Positions 1 to 11,281 of a stretch of DNA of 64,000 nucleotides are shown one piece after another. Position numbers and translations under genes: made by a program. Source of the DNA: Cyanophora paradoxa CCMP329 (lineage: Eukaryota; Plantae; Glaucophyta); contig QPMI01000010.1 of assembly GCA_004431415.1 (NCBI GenBank), forward strand, positions 372,001 through 436,000, read 5' to 3'. Every line of letters begins with the position of its first letter. Position 1 is the stretch's first letter. Under the pieces are notes generated by a model. It worked only from the letters and a program-made list of their open reading frames with translations, was not told the DNA's origin and did no database searches.

Positions 1-1852
1 GAGCTCGAGCCGTCGGAAGTCCCTTCGCTCAGTTCTCGGCTCCACCGTTGTCTTCGTCGCTGGCCGCTCTTACGATATTCGCGTCACCTCAATTGCCGCG
101 GTCCCAACCTTTGCGCCTTTTGTTATGGGCAACGTCAGCACTTTGACGTCACCTCATGATCACTTAAGCTTAAGCTTCACTTCCGCTTCAATTTTCTGAC
201 GATGTTGGTTTTGGAGCGCAGGTTTTTCAGTGGATCCCTACCGCGGCGGCTGCATCGTCAAGCAAGCCGCTCTGCTATTAGTAAGTCGACGTCGTGTACA
301 ATTGCAATTGAATATATAGATTGTTGTACGTATACGCGAGCTCCATACTAACCTTGAACGCTCCCAGCCACCAAACGTGCCCGCAGCTCAATGCCGCTTC
401 CAGCACTCATGCGGTGAGCCGAGCAGTGATGACTCAGTGCATTGCAGTTCCTCAATGAATCTTTGGGTATTATCGACTCACAACGCGCAACGCTCGACAG
501 AGTCTCTGGGGGACTGTTGCGTCGATGACTGCGGCGCTTCTCCTGAACCTGGTCATGAACGTGATCAGGCTCTAGAACACGCGTACGGGGTTCGCTTTAA
601 GATTGCAGCGAAGCCTCGGGTCTTGTTCTGTTGAATAAAATGTCACCAGATCATCGGTTGCGTGGGAGCGGGGTGGGGGGTGGGGTGGGGGGGGGCATGT
701 CAGCAACTAAATATTCTGTTAAATTCGGGGGGCGGGGGGGGGGGGGGGGGGGGGGGGAGGGAGGAAGGGGTGGCTAGCAGATTATCTCGTCGTTGGGTTC
801 GAAACGAGGTCAGCACCGGTACCGCGGCCCCTGACCCGGTGACCTGAGATCTGAGAACCAATTCGATCTCGCGCACGCCTACTTATATGCGTCCGCCCGC
901 AGTAAACGTCCGCCTTGAACCTGAGGGCTTCGACCATATCGTCATCCAGAACGTGCGTCCAGACTTTAAATAGCTAGAATCGCTCTCCGAGGCTCGCACA
1001 AGCTAGCGCTCAAGTAGCCGCCACTTGTACCCCGCAGGCGTTCCAATGGATTTCGGTCGGGTCCTCCAGTGGTGGATCGTACGCGTAACGCGTGTCACCC
1101 TCCGTGCGCGCGCATCATTAAATTGCTGCCAGATCTATATATAGGGCTGCGTGACATCAACGTCGTCGTCAAATTAAATAATGGATCCGGATTTCGCAGA
1201 TACACCGCGTGTGCACCCCGCCGCAACTAAACCACGCGTCATTGACCCGTGCGGTGCGCTCGATTTGCGTTTCCTCTTCCCTATTGCAACCTATACTGCT
1301 ACTTATAATGAGAGCTGGCCGCGGCTCACATTGGGATGCAGGGCGGCATTCAGCTCCTCCTTAGTCTCCTGGCGGGCGCTCTCGCCGTTGCCCTATAATA
1401 GCAGCTGCAGCCGCCGCGGTGCTAGCGCGATACAGCGCCGCGGCGATGAATAAACACGACAGCAGTGCAGATGCGCACCGCAGTAATGGTAATAGCATAG
1501 TACACCCGGTGACCGCAATGACTTGCACGTGTACCCTTTAATTTCGCATTGTTTTGGTCAAGCCTTTTTTGTGGATAGGACGCGTTATAATTAACGTTCG
1601 CATGAGCCTCGGAGCAAGAACCCTTATAATTAAGCTTGCGAACCCCAAGGCGCGCGCCGCGGCAGGCAGGGTCTTGTCGCCAGTCACCTCCATGCATACG
1701 ACTATGGCCCAGTATTGAGTACTAGTGCCCCGGTGGTGCCCCGGTGGCGAGCGATAGGCGCCGGCCTGTTTAGTATGTGAATTTTCGACTTGAATTTTCG
1801 GGGCACAGCGCAGCCATTTCTACATCCCCGATCTCTTCATGATCACTGCCCC

Positions 1853-2224
1853 GCCCCCCTTCAGCCGGGGGCGCTTTCTTCGTTATGGATGCGCTTCATT
1901 ACGAGGGCGCGCACCCCCTGGAGCTCGGCGGCCCTCCCGACGCAGACCTGCCGGCCGCGAAACTCAGCGCGCCCCCGAGCGCCAGGCTTGGGGAAGGGGG
2001 AAAGGCCAGGCGAGCCCGTAGGATCGGGCAAGGGGAGACCTCCCCCTATAGCTAGCCGTCGCAGCCGGGGGAGGGGGGGGAGGGGGGGAGGGGGAGCGGG
2101 GGGGCGGGCCTGGGCGTGCGCGGCGGCGATGAGGCGCCGGTAGGTCCTCTCCGAAAAATCCCGGAGGCCCATCTCCTGCTCAGATCAGATCAGATCGGAT
2201 CGAATCAGATCGGATCGAATCAGA
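1853..2224. repeat. Near-identical copy of 2607-2972 (patatin exon+intron fragment) flanked by a 12-bp direct repeat
   Basis: 1859-2224 matches 2607-2972 except within the poly-G run. GATCACTGCCCC occurs at 1841-1852 and 2225-2236. Filler GCCCCC at 1853-1858. Confidence 0.9.
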
Positions 2225-2369
2225 GATCACTGCCCCAATTGCAAGCTCCACCCTGAATATTAATCTGGTCAATTCTCAAAAAAGCTGCAGCGGCGTTTAT
2301 ATTACATCTAGATCTGTGCAAATTACAGTCTGCACACTTCCCCATTTTATTTATTGAGCATATATTATT

Positions 2370-5023
2370 TCACTCTTCGCTCATACGCGCCGGGGGCATG
2401 GCTGCGCCGCTAGCGCTTCTGGCGCCAGCTGCAGCCCCAGCGCTCGGCGCAGTGGCGGCGCCGGGTGCACTGGCGGGCCCGCAGCCGCAGGTGGCGTCGA
2501 AGCCGGCTAAATCGGGGCCGCCTCTGCCGGCCCCGGTATCCCCCAGCGAGCGCCGGCGCCGCTCCTGCACATCGAGCAGCTTCCCAGCCACCTGCCGCCG
2601 CTTCCACTTCAGCCGGGGGCGCTTTCTTCGTTATGGATGCGCTTCATTACGAGGGCGCGCACCCCCTGGAGCTCGGCGGCCCTCCCGACGCAGACCTGCC
2701 GGCCGCGAAACTCAGCGCGCCCCCGAGCGCCAGGCTTGGGGAAGGGGGAAAGGCCAGGCGAGCCCGTAGGATCGGGCAAGGGGAGACCTCCCCCTATAGC
2801 TAGCCGTCGCAGCCGGGGGAGGGGGGGGGAGGGGGGGAGGGGGAGGGGGGGGCGGGCCTGGGCGTGCGCGGCGGCGATGAGGCGCCGGTAGGTCCTCTCC
2901 GAAAAATCCCGGAGGCCCATCTCCTGCTCAGATCAGATCAGATCGGATCGAATCAGATCGGATCGAATCAGATCTGATCAGCTGCAGATCGAATCAAATC
3001 AGATCGGGGGGTACGGGGGTGCGCCTCGGGGAGAGATCGACGTCGAAGCGGTGGTACTCCAGCGCCCCGCAGGCCGCCGCCGGGCACTGGCCCTGGGGGG
3101 GGGGGGGGGGGGGGGGGGGGGCAGGGGGGGGAGGTCAAGGGGGCGGGGACGGGAGGGGGCGGAGAGGGGCGGAAGGCGAAGGGATTTGGGCGGGCCAGAA
3201 GAGGAGTGGCCTTGGGGAAGGGAGGCATAAGGGGCAGATGATCACAAAGAGAGGGGGGGGGACGAGGGGGAGGAAGGGGAGTGGGGCGTGGGGGGAAGGG
3301 CCCGAACGGAGTGGCCTTAGGCCTCGGCGAAGGCAGGGGCGGATGGGGGAGGAGATGGGGACAAAGGGGGGGGGGGGGGAGGAGGGGGGGTGGGCGGGGC
3401 GAGCGAGGGGCGGGAGCAACGCGCACGAAGGTGGCGCCGGCGATGGTCTCGAGGATCATATGAGGTAGCTCGAGGCTCGCGTTGAAAAGGTACCTGGCCG
3501 CGTTATTTCAGATCTGACGCTGAAAAAAGAAGGCTAGAGGCCATGAAACTTCTAAATATATATCTTTACTATTAAATCTGGATATAAAGCTTCAGGTTCT
3601 TGACGGGGGCGAACTTCATGACGGGTACGACCCACGCAAAGAACGAGCGCCGGCGGACCGCCTTGCGCCGCGATCTGCGGGGGTGCGGGTTCAGCAAGCG
3701 TGACGGGTACGCTCCTAGGGAGAACCGAGGGTACAGCGCACCGCGGAGAGCCGGGCTGCGGGGCCCCGGTACCCAGAGCCACCAGAAGGATCCGCACGCC
3801 GGCTCCGGGGAAGAGGCTGCGCGAGAAGCAGGCGGAGGGGTACACTCAGGTGCAGGGTACACCCAATAAGGGCGCCGGTACGCGAAAGCACCGCCTGGCC
3901 TCTGCGTAGGCGAGGAGGGAGGGGTTGGCGGCCCATATACCCCCGTCCACGCAGACGGGGCCGCCCTCTGGGGACTGGACGCCACCGCCGCCCTTCATCT
4001 CCACGGGGAGGAACACTGCCGCGGATCAAATCTGGATCGGTTTCGAATTCGAATTCAAATTCGAAATACGGGGTTCGAGCAGCGCGCACTGGAGGGTACG
4101 GCGGACGATGCGCGGATCTGCAGGACGATCGAATCAGCTCTTAGATCTGAAGGCAACGATCCGATGCTAACTGACGGGCGCGCGACGCACGGCGTCGACG
4201 AGGAGAAAGTTGGCGCTCGGGTCGGCGCGGGCGGAGGAGGAGGAGAAGAGGACGGGCCGCTCGCTGCGCACGTCGTACGCCGGGAAGACAAGCGCCGCCC
4301 GCACGTCTGAGAGCCGGAGCTGCGGGATCAAATTCGGATCAAATTCGAATCGAGGTCTCCGATGGAGCAGGCGAATCGCGCGAGGCCGCGGAGGCGCGCA
4401 TGGCCGAAGAGCTTCTCGAGCGTCTTGCGGATGCGGTCGGCGTTGAGCGCGGGCCGCCCGAGAGCCTTGAGCCGCAGCACTTTCCCCGCGATCCAATCGT
4501 GCAGCCTCCAGCGGAGCGAGCTGCGAGCCCCTGTCACATCCTTCGGGTGCTCGTGGATGTACTTGAGGATCTCGGCTGCCGACATGGGCAGCGCGTGGAG
4601 CCCGCTGCCCGCGGCCGGAAGCGAGGGCGGGCAGAAGAGCGCCGCGGCGGCCATCGAGCCCACGGATGTGGCGGCGCACCTGAGAGGCGATCGGATCGAG
4701 CGAATGTGAGCTGGGCGCGAGGGATGGGTTCGTGAAGGGCGCACACGTCAAATAGATCTCCGATGCGGCGGCCCGTCATGAGCTCAATCTCGCGCAGGAT
4801 CTCCAGCTCTATGACCCCCCGGAAGCCTGCGCGCGCGCGGAGCTGGATGTGCGGCCGGCTGCTGCGCATGCCGCGGTGCATGCGCACCGCCGCCATCCAA
4901 GGAGAGAACGGTCACAGTCGCGTTCAAATCGTCCTCTGCGGCTGCGCAGGCGGCGTCCGGGGAGACTCGCGGCTGCATAAGCTGGTGCGACGCGACGCGG
5001 GCGGCGCCAACTTGGGCCAACAA
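2370..5023 (-). CDS. Patatin-like phospholipase (multi-exon; start and stop approximate)
   Basis: Spliced motifs VLSLDGG|GFRGVIELEILREIELMTGRRIGDLFDV|CAATSVGS (oxyanion loop and nucleophile elbow, A-T-S-V-G), ASSAVP, CVDGGIWAANPSLLAYAEA (DGG catalytic Asp), ILLVALGTG. Confidence 0.88.
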
Positions 5024-5369
5024 CAGAACCGCGCGGCGGGCTCTGCAGCTGCGCGCGCTCTTCCCAGACTCTACAGCCAGAGCCAGCTGCAGCGCTAGCG
5101 CTGCGGCTGGCGGCCTGCCGCTGACGTCGCCGGAGAGAAGTACTCCTTAGTGTCTGTCGGCTGTAGGGGTACACGACTCACGCTCAAGCGGCCGGCGGTC
5201 ACGGATGCCTACGTATACAAGTAGGCGCCGGCCTTCCGGAGCGTCAGCAGCACCACTCTTGCGGAAGCCTGCGGCTTGCAGAACTCGCGTGTAACGTCGA
5301 AGCGTACGACGCAAGTTCGCGCCTGCAGCGAGGAAGCGGCGGAGCGCTACACACGTTCAAGGTCTGATT

Positions 5370-8300
5370 ATGGAGGATGCAGCGAGCGTGTTCCCGGTCC
5401 AGCTTTTCTCCGTGCGGCGCAGCGCGCGCGAAATCCCGTTCGAGCCCGAGCCGGGGGAGCGTGGCAGCGTCGCCTGCACGATCTTAGTCAACCGCGCACA
5501 CTCCCTGAGGCTTCGAGACTTCGTCTTCAGGCCTGGGTCGCTTCTGGAGTTGGAGCTCGTGTGAGTAATCCCCGCATGCGCAGCATGCGCAGCATGTGCA
5601 CGCATATGTGTCCCGCAGCTGGTAACGTGGGTTTTGATCTGCGCAGGCAAGCCGTTACCGGGGCCGCTGTAGAGAACCCGAATGTGCTTGTCGATCTCCG
5701 GACTATCGGCGGACGCTGCCTGCGGGAGGAGGAGTGGACGGCCTTCGCCAGGCGATCAATTCGCTGCACCCTGGACGCTGATGGGATATCTTCTCCGTTC
5801 GCGGTTGCCGTCCGGTCGTACACGGTCTGTGTCAGCGTTTGAGGCGCCCGCGCGCGGCCCCCGTGACGCCGCACGCAACAGCGCGCGCGGCGGCTGCCTC
5901 AGCGCTTCTGGCTGCGCATGCGGCTCGTCGGCCCGGACGGCTCGTGTGCCGAGATCGGGCCGGGGCGGCTAAACCTGCTGGTCAGGGCCCGCGACGCGAG
6001 AAGGCTCAACCTCGACGACGATGAACCGGGCCCCGCTCCCGTTGACGCGCCGGCGCCGGCCGCGGCCGCGGGCCGCCCAGCGGAGTACTGCGCCGCTCCC
6101 GCTCTCACGTTGAACTGGCCGGCACCGGCGAATTCCCAGATTTCATTAGCATCTCCCACGCCAACCGCACCCGACAACAGCACGCCCCCCCCGCGACGCA
6201 AGCGGCCTCCGTCGAGCCCGCGGGCGGAGGCGGATCTCGGGGGGCGTGCGCAGCAGCCGCGGCGGGACGGCGCCGGCGCCGGCGCCGGGGCGCCGGAGGA
6301 GGACGCGGAGGTGGAGGCGCTGGGGGCCGACCTCTCCCGCCTGGCCGTGGCGGTCGCCGCGGAGGAGTTCGAGACGAGCGCGCGGCGCTGGCGCGCGCTC
6401 GCCTCGCCCCCCCCGCCCCCGCCCGCCGAGCCGCACTCGACTTCTCCGGCGCCCGACGCCGCTCTAGACCTATGCAAGTTCGGCATCATTTGCGGTCGGA
6501 CTCGCGCCCCGCCCAGCCGCCCGTCTTTGCTCGCCTGATTATCCACCTGCAGAGTTCGCACAGAGCTCCGAAGACTACTCCGGCGCCTTCGAGCGGATCG
6601 TGAGCCGCGCCCTCGGTCGGTCTGCCTTCCACGTCCTAGGCCCTCCCGCGGTGCGCCGGCCCCCGCGCCCGCTCCGGATCCGCCCTCGTCGCTCCGCCGT
6701 CGACGCTGCGCCTCGCCGCAGGCGAAGGGAGAGGGTCCTGGCTCGCCGGCCGCCCTACCGCTCGCCCTGCCGTGCGCGCCCGGCCCGCGAGGCGCCGCCC
6801 CCGTTCCGGAGCTCAGCTCGCCGCCCCCGCAGGCCTCGCATCGGGCGCATCCCCGACGCCCATCTGTTCCTCGATCTCCGCGAGCGGTGCGCTAGCAGTA
6901 CCTCCTCTGCCGCGCGCCGGACCCGCCCGTAATTGTTCATCTATGCGCTGCGCAGTGTACGCGTGCAGGTCCCTGAGGCGCTGGGCGATCGCAAGGGGGG
7001 CCCTGCCCCGGCCCCGCCCCCGGCGTTTCCCGCCCTCCTCTCCCCCGACGAGAGCGCGGCGCTCGAGGCCCGGCTGCTCGAGGTGCGCCCCGGCCCGGAC
7101 CTTCGCCCGGCGCCGCCTGACGATCTGGGGCCGGCGCAGCTGCACGCGGCGGCTGCGAAGGGGCTTCCGGGCGCCTGCGAGCAGTTCCAGGAGGCGCTGT
7201 GCGTGGGCCCGGGCGCCGCCGATGCGCGGTGAAGCTCAACGCCGGCGCAGCTGCGACGCGCGCGTGCTGGCGACGGGCCTCGTGCAGGACGGGATCGGGG
7301 GCTACAGGGCGCACCGCATGCTGCAGACGCTGCGGGGCGCGCGGCGCTCGGACGCCGGCCCGCACGCCGTCGCGTCCTCCCTCGTCGCCTGCGTCGCTTC
7401 CTGGTCCGCTCTGGCCCCGCGCTGGGCCCTCGCTCAGCCGCGCCGCTCACGCCTTGTCTCGTTCTGTCCGCAGCCGCCCAGAGTCCCTCACGCAGTGAGT
7501 CTGCGGGCGCCGCGCCGCCCCGCCGGGCGCAGTTGAACGGGTGGGGCAGGGAGCAGCTCCGCGCGGCGGTGGAGCAGTGCATCGCCCTTCTCGAGTTCGG
7601 GACGGTACGCTCCTTCTCTTTAGCTATGCGCAGGGGCGCGCCTCTTAGGCCTGACCGGGGCCCGCTTCTTCACGCCAGGCGTTCGCTGCCTCGTCAATGG
7701 ACCTCTGGCTCCTGGACCTGCCGAGCGTCGAGGCGGTGGCACAGGTAATGCTCGACTGCGCCCAGCGCGTCGAGGTGCGGCATTCCCCCCCCCCCCCTCC
7801 CCCCCCCTCTCCCCCTTCCCCCACTTTTCCCTCCACCCGGCCCGCGTTGCTTGGGTACTGAATGGCGCGGGGCCGGGGTAGGACCCGGAGCTGAAGGCAC
7901 ACGCCCTGGTCACCGGCGCCACCTCCAAGGCGGGGGTACGCCACCCGCTCGACGAGGTCCCGATTCACATGTACCTGGAGGCGTACGCCCCCCCCCCCCC
8001 CCCCCCACCCCCAACCCCTCCGCCCCCCCCCCCCCCCCCCCCCTCTCCTCCCCTGCTCCCGACCGCCGCGCGCGCGCAGGCGGGGCCTCCTGCGGCGGCA
8101 CGGGCTGATCCCCTCTCGGCTCGAGTGCGAGCTGATGCGTCAGCTTCTAGCCCTCCTCTCCGTGATGTGCGTACCCCCCGCGCCCTCCTCCCCCGTGCCC
8201 CGTTGACTTCGAGTGCAGGAGCGAGCTGCTGATCATGGGGGTCAACGAGGCGATGGCCCGAGCGGAGAAGGAGCGGCGGCTGGCCAAGTACGCCCTGGTG

Positions 8301-10534
8301 ATCGAGGAGCTCTCCGCGTCGATCTACTGGTTCTCGGACCCCGAGACGGCGACCCCCCGCGACATCCTCCAGATGGTCCACATCAACCACTCCCTCGGTG
8401 CGCTGCGCGGCGCGGCCGCCGACGCCGGCAGGCGCCTGCCTGGTCGCGGCTCGGCCGGCCGCCCACGTTCTCTCCTTCCTTCCGCGCAGCGCTCAACGCG
8501 ACCAGAGCCGGGGAGCACTCGCGCGCCGACGCAATGTACTCGAGAGCAGAGGAGGCGCTCTTCTTCGCGCGCGCGGAGGCGCTCCCGGCGGAGGTGCGGG
8601 CCGCCTTTTCCACGGGGCAGGTGCTCGTCGTCCGCCTCTTCGAGAAAGTCCGGCGCTCCCACTTCATCGACGTGCGCATGCGCCCTCCCACCCTCGCTTC
8701 CCGTCCCGCGCCCATCTGATCTCACGCCAGGCACTGAAGTACGCTCGGCTCCTGGCTGAGGAGGACCGACGCCGGCGGGAGCTGTGGGCGATGCCCGCCT
8801 CGGACTACCTCAACTGCTACACCAGCCGCTTCTTCTGGCTCCTCTTCGACCCCGCCGCCCTCTGCCGCATGCTCAAGCTCCTCGCCGTCGTTTTCAAGGC
8901 GCGGCCTTTCCCCTCCTCTAGATCTCTCGTTCATATGCCGATGAGCTGGGCGGGGTGCAGGTGCTGGGGACGTACGACAAGACGCCGCAGGGCGCGCACC
9001 TGAACTTCGCCCTGGGGGACGTCCTCGCCGTCTCGGGGCGCCACGCGGAGGCCGTCGAGGCGTACGATGAGTGCATCCAGGCGCGCCCCCCGCCCCGCCC
9101 CGCCGCTCCGCTGCGCCCGCCGACACGGCTGCTGCCGCCCGTGCAGCTGTACGCGGCGTTCGACGAGTACTTCCCGCCCGACTCGCGGCGCGTCGCGGCG
9201 GCGCGCCGCGCGCTGGAGGCCTGCCGCGCCGCCGTCGCCGCCGGCGCGTCCGACCAAGCCCCGACGTGACACTCGCAGCGACGCCGCCTTACATCGAATC
9301 GCCGAGGGTGTCGACCCCCCCCCCCCCCCCCCCCCCCCCCCCGAGGGGGTACCTCAAGCAGCACCCGAGCGGCGACCCGCGGCCCAGCAGCGGAGGCCGC
9401 CGCCGCCGCCGCCGCCGCCGCCGCGGGAGCTGGTGCCGGCGCAGTAGCAGGGCGGGCCAGCAGCAGGGCGGACCGCCTCGCGAGGGCTCCGCGGCCCGCG
9501 GGCCTCTTCCGCCCACCAGCAAGGGTATCGAGTTCTTCGAGAACTGCCGCGAGAAGGTGCTGCACCCACCCGCATCGAAAATGTATTTACCCTTCCCTGA
9601 TTCGCGTACCCAGGGCTTCCGCGAGCGCCAGAAGCGGACAGGGGAGCCTTACACCCCCTCCACGCACTGTACCCTGGTGGAGGGCGACGTACCCCCGTAT
9701 CAGTGCGTCGTCTTCGACATGCGCTTCTTGGGGGCGAGGGCCGGCCCCTTTTTCGCGCCCCAGACCCTCTCCTCCCGCTCGGCCCCCAAGGCCAGGCCCC
9801 CAAGCAGGCCCAAGCTCTGGTATCGTTTTAGTTTCGCCCCTCCAACCCCTCCTCATCCTAGATCTAGACGTCGACCTCGTTTTTCTAATTCCAGCGAAAT
9901 TGCGCTGTATCGAAAGTCGAGTATTTCGTTTCGCCCCTCCTCTTATACTGCCGCTTCCGAATCCGATTTTGAATCCCTCACCTCTGCTTTTAGCATCTGC
10001 AGTACCGCAAGTTAGTCTTCAGCCGTCGCTTGTTTTGCCTCTTCCACATGTACCGCCGGCGCCTCGATCTAGTTTCCGTGCACAGCCATCGCTTCCTCTC
10101 CTTCGTCCGTTACTGTTGCTCCTTCGTCTTTTGTCTTTGTCTCTAGCTATAGGGTTGCTCGTTCTAGTACACCTGCTGTGTCCTTTAGCTCTAGTGCTAC
10201 TTCTTCTCGTGCTCGTTCTCCTTATCTCTTGCGTTCTCGCGATCGTGTCCCTCGTCGTGCTCCTTAGCTCTTATGCATATGTCTTGCGATCTCGATTGCC
10301 TACGACTTCTTTGATTTGTGATTGCTTTGTCGATTTTTAATTTTACTACCTACGGGGGGTTCGCCCTTCCGTAGTCTCTCTCAAAAAGAAAGAGTATTTC
10401 GAATTCAGGAGGGCCGCGTCGGCCCGCGTGCCCGCATTGCCCGGGCCGTTCGGGCCGGGGCCGGGGCGCGGGCCGCGCGGCCCGGCGGCGGGCCGGCGCC
10501 CGAGCCACTTAAGCCCTCGATAATAGGCTCCTAA
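5370..10534 (+). CDS. Hypothetical alpha-helical/TPR-like protein (multi-exon, both ends uncertain)
   Basis: Protein-like exons bounded by GT/GC..AG, e.g. MGVNEAMARAEKERRLAKYALVIEELSASIYWFSDP, ALKYARLLAEEDRRRRELWAM, and TPR-like AHLNFALGDVLAVSGRHAEAVEAYDECIQ (about 8990-9080). Confidence 0.55.
9853..10338 (-). pseudogene. Decayed coiled-coil-like ORF with 7 in-frame TAA/TAG stops, probably a TE remnant in the 3' region or last intron of the TPR-like gene
   Basis: Frame from 10338 reads KNRQSNHKSKKS*AIEIARHMHKS*GARR...EEVALELKDTAGVLERATL*LE...AED*LAVLQMLKAEVRDSKSDSEAAV*EEGRNEILDFRY. AT-rich relative to flanks. Hairpin at 10350-10374. Confidence 0.55.
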
Positions 10535-11281
10535 CCGCCCGTTTATATATCAAACTAGGACTCTAGGAGCGCTAGCGCCGCGCGCCGCCGGCATGATCAT
10601 CCCTTCAAAGGCTTTAAATTAACTTCTGGTCGACGTCCAAGTTCTCACGGTTCTGGATCAATTTCTGGAGCCCCTCCGAGGGCTCCGTCGGCCAGGACGA
10701 ATCCTCCGATCCGGATTCCGGAGTCGACGTCCGGATCGGAGCTGAGTCGGAGACTCGGAGGCTCGGAGCCTCGGAGGTCGCGTCAAGTTGCCCAAGAGAC
10801 ATGCATGGGAAATTGGGAATTCGAGGCTCCTCCGAGCTGCAGGGGGGTACCGCGCGTCGGTCTTAAATTTCTGCTGCCGGAGCCTGCCGGCGGGCTGCTG
10901 GCAGCCTGCTGCTTGTGCGCACTGCGCATGCGTGGCAAGCCACACCGCCGCCGCGGCGACGCGGCGACCGCAGCTGCAGCGCCCGTCGAAGCTTAAGCCC
11001 CAGGCCTATAGCTAGGCCTACTGCGGCCTCCTGTATATACGTAGCTAGGCCTCCAGCAAGATTCAACTTGGCAACAAGATTCACGGACGTTTAACGTAGG
11101 GCTGCGCGGCGGGCGCATACTAGCTATAGTCAGCGAGCCTTCAAGTCGTTCGCCGGCGCCGCAGCCGGTCGGCACGCGTACGGCATCGATATCAGCATCA
11201 ATATCGCTGGCAGGCACGGCCTGGCGGCCGCCGGGCGGAATTCGTATACGTAGCCGCGCATGCGCAGCTGCAGCGCTCCAT

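Noticed and set aside
1-1800. Short ORFs at the window start
   Set aside because: No recognisable motifs or consistent exon chain.
9813-9825. GCTCTGGTATCG resembling a tRNA-Met primer-binding site
   Set aside because: Three mismatches to the expected sequence and no adjacent LTR found.
9900-10340. Plus-strand hydrophobic Leu/Val-rich ORF resembling a membrane protein
   Set aside because: It is the antisense shadow of the purine-rich decayed ORF on the minus strand and has no ATG start.
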